Positions 1 to 8,964 of a DNA stretch of 64,000 bases are shown here, in pieces. Under the pieces are notes generated by a model. It was not told where the DNA came from, did no database searches, and saw nothing but the letters and a program-made list of their open reading frames with translations. This stretch comes from a virus (taxonomy: Duplodnaviria > Caudoviricetes). Location: IMG/VR virus record IMGVR_UViG_3300021412_000003, positions 4,929-68,928 of that record. One strand, 5' to 3'. The stretch's first letter is position 1, and each line of letters opens with the position of its first letter. The position numbers and the translations under genes were made by a program.

Positions 1-9
1 CAAGACGCG

Positions 10-1701
10 ATGACGAGCCCACTAACAGCGGCTGGCCAGTACGCGAGTGCAGTTCCGTTCTTCGCAAATGTTCCACTGGACGCCAACTTGGCCTCCTCGG
101 GCGAAGATATGTGGCGCACTCGGGCGTACAAGCTGTATGAGGACTTTTATCACAACCGGCCCGAGATGTTCAAGGTCATGCTGCGAGGCGAGGACCAGGA
201 TGGCTTGGAGCTGTACATCCCGTCGGCCCGCAAGATGGTGGACGCAGCCAATCGCTTTCTAGCTAAGGACTTCAGCTATGTGGTAAGCCCCAACTACGGG
301 GACGGCACACAGCGAGCCGCAGTAGAACTCGCCATGAGCAATCTGTTCAAGCGCGAGAAGATGCACTCCAAGTTCAACAACCAGCGCCGATACTACCTTA
401 TTCGTGGGGACGCTCTGTGGCACATCACGGCGGACGAAACCAAGGAACCGGGTAAGCGACTCAGCATTCATGAACTGAACCCCTCCAACTACTTCGCGAT
501 CCTGGATCCGGACAACGACGATCGGCTGCTGGGTGCGCACCTGGTAGATATGGTGCAAGATCCGAATAAGCCAGATGACCGTTCGGCTCGCATTGTCCGT
601 CGTCAGACATACTTGCGGGCGGGTGCCCAGCTCGATCCTAATGGCGGATACTTCGTGCCGTTGGGCTCAGATCCTGGTGGATGGACGAGCTCTCTTACCT
701 TCTGGGAGGTGGGCAAGTGGGACGATCGGTACCTGAAGACCGCAGATCTGAAATCGGTATCTCACCCCGCAACGAAGACGCAGTTCGTATTGGACGCGCG
801 CATCACTTCGATGCCGGTGTACCACTGGAAGAACAATCAGATCCCCGGACAGCCTTACGGCCTCAGCGAGCTGGCCGGAGTGGAGACTTTGATCTCGGGC
901 ATCAATCAGTCTCTCACGGACGAGAACCTCACGCTGGTGATGCAGGGTCTTGGTGTATACGCGACGGATGCAGCTCCGCCAAAGAACGCCGACGGCACGG
1001 ACGGGGACTGGACCATTGGACCGGCTACGGTGGCCGAGGTGGGAACGGGAAACTTCTTCAATCGCGTGAGTGGTGTGTCCAGCGTAGCCCCATTCCAGGA
1101 TCACAGTCAATCCCTGCACAACCATATGTCTCAGTCCCTGGGCATTCCCGACATCGCGCAAGGCCGAGTGGACGTCACTGTGGCGGAATCGGGCATCTCG
1201 CTCTCACTTCAGCTTGGACCGATTCTGTCCAACAATGAGGTGAAGGAAGTAGAGATTCTGGGTACGCATGACCAGATGTTCTATGACCTGACGACTATGT
1301 GGTTCCCGGTGTTTGAGGGGATGAACTTCCCGGATGTGCGGGTGGTCTCGGTGGTGGGCGATCCTATGCCGGTCAATCGCGAAGCGCGTATCCAAGAGAT
1401 TCTGTTGGTTCAGGCTAGCGGCCTTATCACTATCGCGCAGGCTCAGGCGAAGCTCGCAGAGTATGGCTATGAGTTCGATGAGGGTGATGATCTCAAAGTG
1501 GTTCAGGAAGCAGCTGCTCTGGCAGCGGCTCAGAACGGTGACGAGCTAGCAAACCGGTGGGCTCAGGAGATGGAGAATCCAGTGAAGAACTGGTCTCCCA
1601 ATATCGGCACCTCTAGTGTCGCGAGTGCCGCAGTGCAAGGCACCGGAGCTCCTTCGATTACTACGGTAACGAACAACAATGCGGGCAACGGGGCAAGGTA
1701 G
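10..1701 (+). CDS. Portal protein
   Basis: 563 aa, first gene of the head module; SPP1/actinophage portal-like segments (RRYYLIRGDA, PYGLSELAGVETL, IAQGRVDVTVAESGISLSL). Confidence 0.85.
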   Translation: MTSPLTAAGQYASAVPFFANVPLDANLASSGEDMWRTRAYKLYEDFYHNRPEMFKVMLRGEDQDGLELYIPSARKMVDAANRFLAKDFSYVVSPNYGDGTQRAAVELAMSNLFKREKMHSKFNNQRRYYLIRGDALWHITADETKEPGKRLSIHELNPSNYFAILDPDNDDRLLGAHLVDMVQDPNKPDDRSARIVRRQTYLRAGAQLDPNGGYFVPLGSDPGGWTSSLTFWEVGKWDDRYLKTADLKSVSHPATKTQFVLDARITSMPVYHWKNNQIPGQPYGLSELAGVETLISGINQSLTDENLTLVMQGLGVYATDAAPPKNADGTDGDWTIGPATVAEVGTGNFFNRVSGVSSVAPFQDHSQSLHNHMSQSLGIPDIAQGRVDVTVAESGISLSLQLGPILSNNEVKEVEILGTHDQMFYDLTTMWFPVFEGMNFPDVRVVSVVGDPMPVNREARIQEILLVQASGLITIAQAQAKLAEYGYEFDEGDDLKVVQEAAALAAAQNGDELANRWAQEMENPVKNWSPNIGTSSVASAAVQGTGAPSITTVTNNNAGNGAR

Positions 1702-1727
1702 AATAGGGCAAAGGTATAGGAGGAGTT

Positions 1728-1925
1728 GTGGCGTTCGGTATTCGCAAGTTCGCGGTACGAGTGCAGCGGCAGAATGCGAGCTCCAGGCGCCCTGTTCGTA
1801 CCACGTTGGTTCAGCAGCGAAGGATCGGACAGGGTGTCAAGGCTCCCAAGTCAGCCAAGAATGTCCAGGAGAGATTGAAGAATCTGCTGCGAAGCAGAAA
1901 GCTCAAGAAGGGATTGAAACGATAA
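1728..1925 (+). CDS. Small Arg/Lys-rich head-region protein
   Basis: AGGAG RBS before GTG; TAATG overlap with next gene; very basic. Confidence 0.7.
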   Translation: MAFGIRKFAVRVQRQNASSRRPVRTTLVQQRRIGQGVKAPKSAKNVQERLKNLLRSRKLKKGLKR

Positions 1926-2935
1926 TGGCGCGCCGTCGTTACAATCCCGCGCAGAAGAGGGCTCGCAATGGGCAGTGGGCGAAGGGCTCTCTTTCCGGAG
2001 TTAAAGCTAGTACCGCGACCGGAAATACGAAGCGATATGATGCCTTCCTCGCGAAGCAGGCCCAGCAGAAGTCGGCCGCTCGCAAGACGGCGATTAAGCG
2101 AGCCGCACTGGGTGCGGCCCTCGTAGGTGCAGCGGGCGCAGGTGCGTATATTGGGTCACGTGGAAATAACAAAGGAGCCAAGGAAGGCCCCCTCGGAAAC
2201 GTCGCACACGTTCCCGTCAAATCTCAAGGGCCGGAACGACCAGTGGTGGGCAAGATCACGAAGCCTACGAAGATGGAGACGACTGCGAGTCCAGTTCGCG
2301 CAACGTCTTCTGAGCCAGTTCGCGCGAAGGCCGTAAACGGAACAGAGATCAAGCGCACGAAGCCAGCGGCTAAGACGAACCCGGTATCCAATCCAGTCTC
2401 AGCACAGGTCACCTCGGGTGTGGGAACGGTGAAGGCCGAGCGGGCAATGGTCTCCCTGAAGAAGGGGCCGAAGCCGAAGTCTAATCCCTCGGGCAATCCA
2501 GTACCTACGCCGGGCGCGCTCGTTACCGAAGATGGCCAGAACGTGAAGGTCGTCAAGGGCCTCAATGACGCCGAGCGCATTCGTCTTGAGAACAATGCGG
2601 TGGAAGCTGCGGCGAAGTTGGCCAAGCTCGAGAAGCAGGCTGGCGTCAACGTAGGTTCACAGGCTCGCAAAGACTTCGACAAGAAGAACAAGGCGAAGCG
2701 CACCAAGGCTCAGGCGAAGTTGGAAGCCAGCGAAGCTAAACGAGTGAAGCGTCGAGAAGAGATGTCTCAGGCTATCCAGAATAGCTTCGGGGCAGGAGCT
2801 GTCGCTAACTTCACGGGGTCTCGGAGGGATCGAGCAGAGGCACGATATGCCACCCTCTTGGAGAATATGATGGACAGCGGTACATCTCTCAATCGTAGCC
2901 AGCGCAAGTTTCTTAGAGATTACGGAGTTGCATAA
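1925..2935 (+). CDS. Basic head-region protein with N-terminal RNxxGQW-like motif
   Basis: Start re-assigned to ATG 1925 (TAATG coupling); begins MARRRYNPAQKRARNGQW; Lys/Arg/Ala-rich. Confidence 0.75.
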   Translation: MARRRYNPAQKRARNGQWAKGSLSGVKASTATGNTKRYDAFLAKQAQQKSAARKTAIKRAALGAALVGAAGAGAYIGSRGNNKGAKEGPLGNVAHVPVKSQGPERPVVGKITKPTKMETTASPVRATSSEPVRAKAVNGTEIKRTKPAAKTNPVSNPVSAQVTSGVGTVKAERAMVSLKKGPKPKSNPSGNPVPTPGALVTEDGQNVKVVKGLNDAERIRLENNAVEAAAKLAKLEKQAGVNVGSQARKDFDKKNKAKRTKAQAKLEASEAKRVKRREEMSQAIQNSFGAGAVANFTGSRRDRAEARYATLLENMMDSGTSLNRSQRKFLRDYGVA

Positions 2936-3312
2936 TGGCGCGTCGTGGATATAAGCGAGACACTCGGGGTAGGTTCTCTCGTATCGCCGGAACCAAGGTT
3001 AGCTCGAAAGCGGTGGTGCCGCGTCGTACTCCGAAGCGTACCGTTCGGCCCCCACTGAACGCAGCCGCTCGCAGGGCTCGGGGAAAGAAGATTTTGCGCA
3101 ATGTAAAAATCGCGAGAGGAACTCTCCTCGTGGGTGCGGCAGCCTATGCGGCATACGACCTGAATTCGTCGAAGAGTCCCAGCCTTCGGGCTCGTCGGAT
3201 GCACGCCCAGACGATGGGAGAGAGAATCACTCGGGCCAATACTCGAGGTCTCGGGGCCATGACGATCGCCAGGCAGAATCGCCGGGGCGTTTATCGGGTT
3301 ACGAGCCTGTAA
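2935..3312 (+). CDS. Basic protein with RDxxGRF motif
   Basis: MARRGYKRDTRGRF; TAATG coupling on both sides. Confidence 0.75.
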   Translation: MARRGYKRDTRGRFSRIAGTKVSSKAVVPRRTPKRTVRPPLNAAARRARGKKILRNVKIARGTLLVGAAAYAAYDLNSSKSPSLRARRMHAQTMGERITRANTRGLGAMTIARQNRRGVYRVTSL

Positions 3313-3572
3313 TGGCACAGTCGTACAAGAGGGATCGCAGGGGCCGATTCGCCAGAGTAGGCGGCCTTCGGGCCAAGATTCGCGGGAAGCTTATTGGCCC
3401 CAAGCTCACTCGCGAACAGCGAATCGCGAAGGGCCGAGAGAAGAGCCATCAGCGTCTTCTCAAGAAAGGCTATGAAGTCTCCAATCAGTACACGTACAAG
3501 GGAGACTCTAGAGGTCGTCGTCGAGCCGACGGCAAGTATGAGCACAGCGTGAAAGAGTATCGAAAGAAATGA
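3312..3572 (+). CDS. Basic protein with RDxxGRF motif
   Basis: MAQSYKRDRRGRF; translationally coupled. Confidence 0.75.
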   Translation: MAQSYKRDRRGRFARVGGLRAKIRGKLIGPKLTREQRIAKGREKSHQRLLKKGYEVSNQYTYKGDSRGRRRADGKYEHSVKEYRKK

Positions 3573-3575
3573 ACC

Positions 3576-3755
3576 ATGGCCAAGCGCAAGCGGGGAACCT
3601 ATGCTGGATACAAATCCAAGAAGCAGTGGCGCTGGGCTTTCGCGAGCAAGCAACCATGGGCCCGAGAGAAAGCTCACAAGACCAAGGGTGGTAAAGTAAC
3701 CCGATATCGGCGTCTGCCGGAGAGCAAGCACAGCGGCAAGAAAGGAAGGCGATGA
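3576..3755 (+). CDS. 59-aa basic protein (SKKQWRWAFA motif), not in ORF track
   Basis: Hand translation MAKRKRGTYAGYKSKKQWRWAFASKQPWAREKAHKTKGG...; ATGA overlap with next gene. Confidence 0.75.
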   Translation: MAKRKRGTYAGYKSKKQWRWAFASKQPWAREKAHKTKGGKVTRYRRLPESKHSGKKGRR

Positions 3756-4297
3756 GCCGGTATAATCCTCGCCAGGCTCGAGACAAGTTCGGCCGGTGGA
3801 CATCCGGCCGGAAGGTCTCTGCCGTGCCCTACACTCGGCACAGCCTTCGCTCTCAGACCGCCGGGATTAACGCGGGCACGAACATCTCCAAGAATTATCG
3901 CGTTTCAGCCGGTGCTCATTTCCGGATTGAGCGGCGCACTCCTTCCCGCTTGGAAGGAGCGATCATACAGAAGAACAACTCTGCGATCAAGCGGCTCGTG
4001 AAGAAGGTTAGCCCCGGCGAGCACCTGGATCCAGTGATTGAGAAGACCATTCGCAAGGCTCAGAATCGAGTCACGAGCAAGGTACTGGGAAAGACCCTGA
4101 ATCTCGGGAAGAAGGCCAACGTCCGTGGCGGAACTACGCGATCGGGTCTTCCTTCGGTAACTGTTCGATATGGTGGTAGCAGGAAATCAGCCGCCCGCAG
4201 AGCGGCGGGTATTTCGCAGTACAATTCCGCCATGCAGGGGCGGCGGGTGTCCAGGGCAGCAGCGAAGGCTCCTCGCCCACAGCGCCGGGGTAAGTGA
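3752..4297 (+). CDS. Basic protein with RDxxGRW motif
   Basis: MSRYNPRQARDKFGRW; very Arg-rich. Confidence 0.75.
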   Translation: MSRYNPRQARDKFGRWTSGRKVSAVPYTRHSLRSQTAGINAGTNISKNYRVSAGAHFRIERRTPSRLEGAIIQKNNSAIKRLVKKVSPGEHLDPVIEKTIRKAQNRVTSKVLGKTLNLGKKANVRGGTTRSGLPSVTVRYGGSRKSAARRAAGISQYNSAMQGRRVSRAAAKAPRPQRRGK

Positions 4298-4317
4298 TGC
4301 TCACGGAGGGAGATCTA

Positions 4318-4464
4318 ATGGCCAAGGGAAAGCCGTCCAAGGGGACCAAGAAGGATCGGCGACTCAAGACGAACAAAGGCAAGAAGAAGCGCAAGGGCAG
4401 TGGCTCTGCAAAGAAACTGAACAAGAAGAAGTCTCCGGCCCTCAATAAGATTTTGAGATACTGA
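4318..4464 (+). CDS. 48-aa Lys-rich protein, not in ORF track
   Basis: GGAGGG RBS; MAKGKPSKGTKKDRRLKTNKGKKKRK...; TGATG overlap with JAB gene. Confidence 0.7.
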   Translation: MAKGKPSKGTKKDRRLKTNKGKKKRKGSGSAKKLNKKKSPALNKILRY

Positions 4465-4841
4465 TGATTGATCTTCCATCGAATACGATGTACGCTCTCA
4501 CTGCGTTGGCGAATAGTGTTCAGGAGATATGCGGGTACGTTTTGGACGATGGTAGCATCGTAGTGATGCCCAATGTCTCCATAACTCCCACAGGTTCGTT
4601 CGAGGTCGATCCAGAATCTCAACGATGGATCCTACCGGTGATGTGGGAAAGAGTCACAGCTCTGTTTCATACGCATCCCAAGGGTACATGCTGGCCGAGC
4701 GAAATGGACGTAGAGAATTGGCCTGCGGCTTGCGGGGCTGGGGTCAAGTATTTCGTAGTGACCACTCGTGAAGTGGGAGAATTTAGATTGGACGAAGATG
4801 GCAAGCCGAAGCCTGTCGGAGAAGCAGAACTGGCTGCTTAG
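4464..4841 (+). CDS. JAB/MPN+ (JAMM) metalloprotease domain protein
   Basis: EICG plus HTHPKGTCWPSEMD gives a complete E...HxHx7Sx2D JAMM motif. Confidence 0.8.
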   Translation: MIDLPSNTMYALTALANSVQEICGYVLDDGSIVVMPNVSITPTGSFEVDPESQRWILPVMWERVTALFHTHPKGTCWPSEMDVENWPAACGAGVKYFVVTTREVGEFRLDEDGKPKPVGEAELAA

Positions 4842-4845
4842 ATTT

Positions 4846-5700
4846 ATGGCCGTGCAAAAGGCATCTGATGCCCAGGTTGCCGCTGCACTACAGGTCGCTT
4901 TAGACAGCCTTGACGGCCACCTCAGGCGCATTGAAGCCAAGCCGGGGGTAGGTGCCGCTACGCGCCGTGCTCAATTGCTGGGCAACCGTGGGGCCATTAC
5001 GATGGTCCTGGGAGCTTTGTACAAAAGGCTCGGCTTGGTGGTTCGAGAAGGTCAGATGAACGCCGCGCAGGCAGCTACCGAGGCTGAGATCTATTCGTCG
5101 GCCAAGATATACGACGTCATTATTGACGATGCCGAGAAGCGCAGGTTGCTTCAAAGATCGCTAGAGCAGAGCGCCAGGCGCAATATCCAGGTCACTATGA
5201 CCCGAATGAACGTCTCTGAGCAGCCACTCAGTAAGAGATTGTATCGTTCTGAGGCCATGGCCAAGGGGCAGATCAGTCGTACAATCAACAATCATCTCGC
5301 GCGAGGTAGTTCGGCAGCTGATCTTGCGAAGGATGTAAGAGGGTTCTTCAACCCCAAAGTCCCAGGTGGAGTCAGTTATGCGGCTAGTCGTTTGGCTCGT
5401 ACAGAGATTAACAACGCATTCCACGCGCAAGCGATGGCCGATGTAGCCGATCGACCATGGGTTAACCAGGTCAGATGGCACCTCTCTGGCTCGCATAAGG
5501 TTCCAGATGAATGCAATACCTACGCAAATACCGGATTATTTCCGGCTGATAACGTTCCCAAGAAGCCACATCCAAACTGTTTCTGTTATTTCACTCCGGA
5601 ACTTCCGGATGTGGAGACGGTAATCAATGATTATCTGGCCGGAAAGTACAATTCGTGGCTCGCCGAGAGCACGGACGATGGCCTCCGCCGGTCCGCATGA
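4846..5700 (+). CDS. MuF-like minor capsid / head morphogenesis protein
   Basis: RLARTEINNA...W...C...PHPNCFC motifs; start moved to ATG 4846. Confidence 0.85.
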   Translation: MAVQKASDAQVAAALQVALDSLDGHLRRIEAKPGVGAATRRAQLLGNRGAITMVLGALYKRLGLVVREGQMNAAQAATEAEIYSSAKIYDVIIDDAEKRRLLQRSLEQSARRNIQVTMTRMNVSEQPLSKRLYRSEAMAKGQISRTINNHLARGSSAADLAKDVRGFFNPKVPGGVSYAASRLARTEINNAFHAQAMADVADRPWVNQVRWHLSGSHKVPDECNTYANTGLFPADNVPKKPHPNCFCYFTPELPDVETVINDYLAGKYNSWLAESTDDGLRRSA

Positions 5701-5751
5701 GGTAGTATGTCGGCAGGCTTCAGCGTACCGACGAACCGGAGGTTCTACGAA

Positions 5752-6513
5752 ATGAGCAAGAGCTCCCTTCCCCGATTGGATCTTTTCCTCCGGCCGTTCC
5801 TTGGCGGAGATAGCGAAGGAAATGAAGGCGGCGAGGGCGGACAAGGTGAAGGAAAGCCCGGCGGTGAGGGTGAAAATCAGCCCGCTGGTAAGGGCGATAA
5901 GCCAGAAGATGATGACGACGATGACGACGATCATGATGACGACGATCTTTCCGGCATTGCAGATCCGCGAGATCGCCAGATTGCGGCTTTGAGCCGAGAG
6001 GCAGCTCGGCATCGCCGAGAGAAGAATAAGAACAAGAGGGATGCCGAGCGCATTCAGCGAGAGCTTGATGCTCTCAAGAATGGTAAGGGCACCGAGAAAG
6101 AACAGTGGGAGGCTGAGAAGAAGTCGTTCGAGCAAAAGTACGAAGATCTGCTCACGAACACTTCCAATACAGTCCTTCGAAATGCGGTGAAGGATCCAGA
6201 GACAAAGTACTCGTGGTATGATGTACCCGTGGTGATGGGTCTTATTAATCGCGACGCTATTGAGATTGATCTCGAGGAAGGCGTCGTGGACGGCCTGGAG
6301 GCCGAACTGAAGCGCATCGCCAAAGAGAAGCCGTATCTCGTGAAGAAGGGATCCACCGGTGGTGGTAACTCCGGAAGCGGGAATAACAGTTCCGGTGGTG
6401 CCGGGGCTGCGGGGAGCACAGGAAGCAATCCGTCCGGTCGAAACAGCTCCAACGACGCAAGAGCGGCCCAGAGGGCGACACTAGAAAGTAAGTATCCGGG
6501 GCTTAATGTATAA
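5752..6513 (+). CDS. Capsid scaffolding protein
   Basis: Acidic/Gly N-terminal region, coiled coil (REAARHRREK), KPYLVK, Gly/Ser-rich C-terminus; precedes capsid genes. Confidence 0.8.
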   Translation: MSKSSLPRLDLFLRPFLGGDSEGNEGGEGGQGEGKPGGEGENQPAGKGDKPEDDDDDDDDHDDDDLSGIADPRDRQIAALSREAARHRREKNKNKRDAERIQRELDALKNGKGTEKEQWEAEKKSFEQKYEDLLTNTSNTVLRNAVKDPETKYSWYDVPVVMGLINRDAIEIDLEEGVVDGLEAELKRIAKEKPYLVKKGSTGGGNSGSGNNSSGGAGAAGSTGSNPSGRNSSNDARAAQRATLESKYPGLNV

Positions 6514-6544
6514 GCTCTGGAGGAATCCTCTGAAGGGCGAATAA

Positions 6545-6943
6545 ATGGCACGATATGACAAATATGATCCTATGGTGGGCGGTTTCCGCGCGCCCCTTGC
6601 CGCCGACTGGCTTCTCGCTGACGTAAATCGACCTCGTGCGGTTGGTCTCAACTCCAGTGGCCAGATCGTTAAGGGAGCTGGCAATACTGGCATCGTGGGC
6701 ATTCTGATCCTCACCAAGATTCGCAAGGCTGGTGAGATCGTGGATACCATGGACGCGGGTGAGATCGTGGGGTGGGACCCGGTGACGGCGGGTACGTTTG
6801 GTACCGCAGGAACCACCTACTACGCCGACGCGACTACGGGCGCTATCAATTCCACCTCGGCGGCTGGCAAGTTCCAGGTTGGCCGGACGGTAGAAGGTAC
6901 TCGCCTGATCTGCCGCGTGAATCGTACGGAGGTGCCCGCATGA
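6545..6943 (+). CDS. Capsid decoration / head protein
   Basis: 132 aa between scaffold and MCP; small beta-rich head-protein pattern. Confidence 0.6.
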   Translation: MARYDKYDPMVGGFRAPLAADWLLADVNRPRAVGLNSSGQIVKGAGNTGIVGILILTKIRKAGEIVDTMDAGEIVGWDPVTAGTFGTAGTTYYADATTGAINSTSAAGKFQVGRTVEGTRLICRVNRTEVPA

Positions 6944-8124
6944 TCGAGTCGAATCTTCTTGAACTGCTCCTCCAGCCGTTCTGTGGCGGAGATTACAAGG
7001 GTGGTTATCACACCGAAGGCGATATCGTTACCGTCACTCTCGACGGTATTGATGTTAACTCGCTGTGGGACGAGTTCCAGGCCACGCTGGAGATCTACAA
7101 CGCGAAGCGTGCTCAGCTAATCTCGTTGCTGACCTATCCGGTCACCAACTTGGTCGAGACCGTGCCGCAGGTTGGCGATGCGACCTTCGAAGAGGCGTCT
7201 GAGTTCGGCGTCCCGAAGTCGGCTCGTGTGACCGTTGATTACTTCCAGCTTGGTTACGACTTCAAATGGTACGACGTCGCGAACCGTTTCACCTGGAAGT
7301 ACCTGGCTGATGCCGATGCGCGCCAGATCCAGGCGATCCACAATAAGCTCCTCGAGGCCGACCAGAAGCTTGTCTTCCGGAAGGTCATGGAGGCGATCTT
7401 TGACAACCGAAATCGCTCTGCGGACATTCGGACCCAGACGTACAACGTCTACCCGATCTACAACGCTGACGGAACAATTCCGCCCCCGTACAAGGGCGAG
7501 GTCTTTGACGGCAACCACTCACACTTCGTGGTGTCGGCTGGCGCTCAGATCGACTCGGGTGATCTTGAGGACGCGTACGAGCACATCGCCGAGCACGGCT
7601 TCTCCATCGAGGCGGGCACCACTGTCATCTCCATGGTGAACCGCGCGCAGGCGAAGGAGATCCGTAAGTTCAAAGCGGGTGTCGCCAACAACAACGGCGT
7701 CGTAGCGAACTACGACTTCATCCCGGCAGCGGGCCAGCCTGCGATCATCATTCCGAATGCGGATGGTCTCCTGGGCGAGCGGCCTCCGAGCTCGTTCAAG
7801 GGTTTCAAGGTGATCGGCTCCTACGCGGATGTCCTGATCATCGAGGAATCGTACATCCCCGAGGGCTACATGCTCACCTTCGGTTCGGGTGGCGCAGGCA
7901 ATCTTCAAAACCTCGTCGGCCTGCGCGAGCACGCTAATCAGGCCATGCGGGGTCTGCGACTGATGCCGGGTAACCAGCAAAACTACCCCCTCGTGGAGTC
8001 GTTCTACAGCCGTGGCTTCGGCACCGGTATCCGTCAACGTGGCGGAGCGGTCGTGACGCAGTTCAAGGCGTCGGGTACGTACGACATTCCGACCGTCTAC
8101 TCCAATGGCGGAGAGTTGGTGTAA
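6940..8124 (+). CDS. Major capsid protein (HK97 fold)
   Basis: 394 aa from ATG 6940 (ATGA overlap); strong codon bias; EEASEFGVP; position. Confidence 0.85.
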   Translation: MIESNLLELLLQPFCGGDYKGGYHTEGDIVTVTLDGIDVNSLWDEFQATLEIYNAKRAQLISLLTYPVTNLVETVPQVGDATFEEASEFGVPKSARVTVDYFQLGYDFKWYDVANRFTWKYLADADARQIQAIHNKLLEADQKLVFRKVMEAIFDNRNRSADIRTQTYNVYPIYNADGTIPPPYKGEVFDGNHSHFVVSAGAQIDSGDLEDAYEHIAEHGFSIEAGTTVISMVNRAQAKEIRKFKAGVANNNGVVANYDFIPAAGQPAIIIPNADGLLGERPPSSFKGFKVIGSYADVLIIEESYIPEGYMLTFGSGGAGNLQNLVGLREHANQAMRGLRLMPGNQQNYPLVESFYSRGFGTGIRQRGGAVVTQFKASGTYDIPTVYSNGGELV

Positions 8125-8127
8125 CAG

Positions 8128-8505
8128 ATGAGTCTGCATGGCAAGATCGATCTTTCCCGGCCTCTTACCGATGCCGAGAAGGAGTGGCTGTACACCCGTC
8201 CAGGCGGGCGGGCTCAGGTCGCTGTCAACGATCGGCAATTCGGCCACTTGTCGGAGGAAGAGCGATCTGCCTTGCAGGTTTCTCATCGGGCCGACATGGA
8301 GGATGAAGCCGAGCGTGAAGCAGCCTTCCGCCGGGAGGAAGACGAGGATGGCTTCGATGAAGAAGACATCGCCAAGGTCGCCCCCCTCAGGGTGGACGAA
8401 CTCCGCGCGTGGCTGAAGAAGAAGGGCCTCGATCAGACTGGATCGAAGGAAGATCTTCAGGTCCGGATGCTCGAGAAGCTGGAGAAGGATCGTCTCGGCA
8501 AGTAA
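8128..8505 (+). CDS. Protein with C-terminal SAP/HeH-like domain
   Basis: LRVDELRAWLKKKGLDQTGSKEDLQVRMLE matches SAP consensus. Confidence 0.65.
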   Translation: MSLHGKIDLSRPLTDAEKEWLYTRPGGRAQVAVNDRQFGHLSEEERSALQVSHRADMEDEAEREAAFRREEDEDGFDEEDIAKVAPLRVDELRAWLKKKGLDQTGSKEDLQVRMLEKLEKDRLGK

Positions 8506-8518
8506 GAGTTCGCTGACG

Positions 8519-8551
8519 GGGGATAGCCGGAGATCGTGCGGCTATCCCCTT
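8519..8551 (+). terminator. Hairpin, putative terminator after capsid genes
   Basis: 11-bp perfect stem GGGGATAGCCG / CGGCTATCCCC followed by TT. Confidence 0.6.
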
Positions 8552-8568
8552 CTGCATCAGGAGTGGAG

Positions 8569-8955
8569 ATGTCCGTCTATGCTGGGACGTACGGCCCTCA
8601 GGGTTTGGAGTACCCAGATGGTACTCATGCCGTGAATAAGCCGATCCTGATCAAAACGCTGGGCGGCAGTTCGGTGATCCTATACAGCGACAGACACAGA
8701 ACCACCACGATTTCAAATCCAGTTTCTACCGATGCGTTGGCCAATCTGGAGTTCTGCGCTGAGCCGGGCCAGTATCTCATGGAGATAGGCTCCTGGACTA
8801 GAAAGATCAGCGTTCCCGAGGATCCTCTAGAGCCGGACGTGGGTCTGACCCCGGAAGAGCGAGAGAATCTTATCGACGACACGGTCGTCGAGGTCTTGGA
8901 GGAACTAGAGACCCCGGTGACCCTCACCCTGCTTTTTGAAAACGCCATCGCGTAA
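8569..8955 (+). CDS. Hypothetical virion protein
   Basis: ORF in structural block, GGAG before ATG 8569. Confidence 0.6.
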   Translation: MSVYAGTYGPQGLEYPDGTHAVNKPILIKTLGGSSVILYSDRHRTTTISNPVSTDALANLEFCAEPGQYLMEIGSWTRKISVPEDPLEPDVGLTPEERENLIDDTVVEVLEELETPVTLTLLFENAIA

Positions 8956-8964
8956 GGAATCGGC

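Noticed and set aside
6772-6939. N-terminal extension of the MCP given by the ORF track
   Set aside because: Fully overlaps the upstream head gene; ATG 6940 has a GGAGG RBS and an ATGA overlap.
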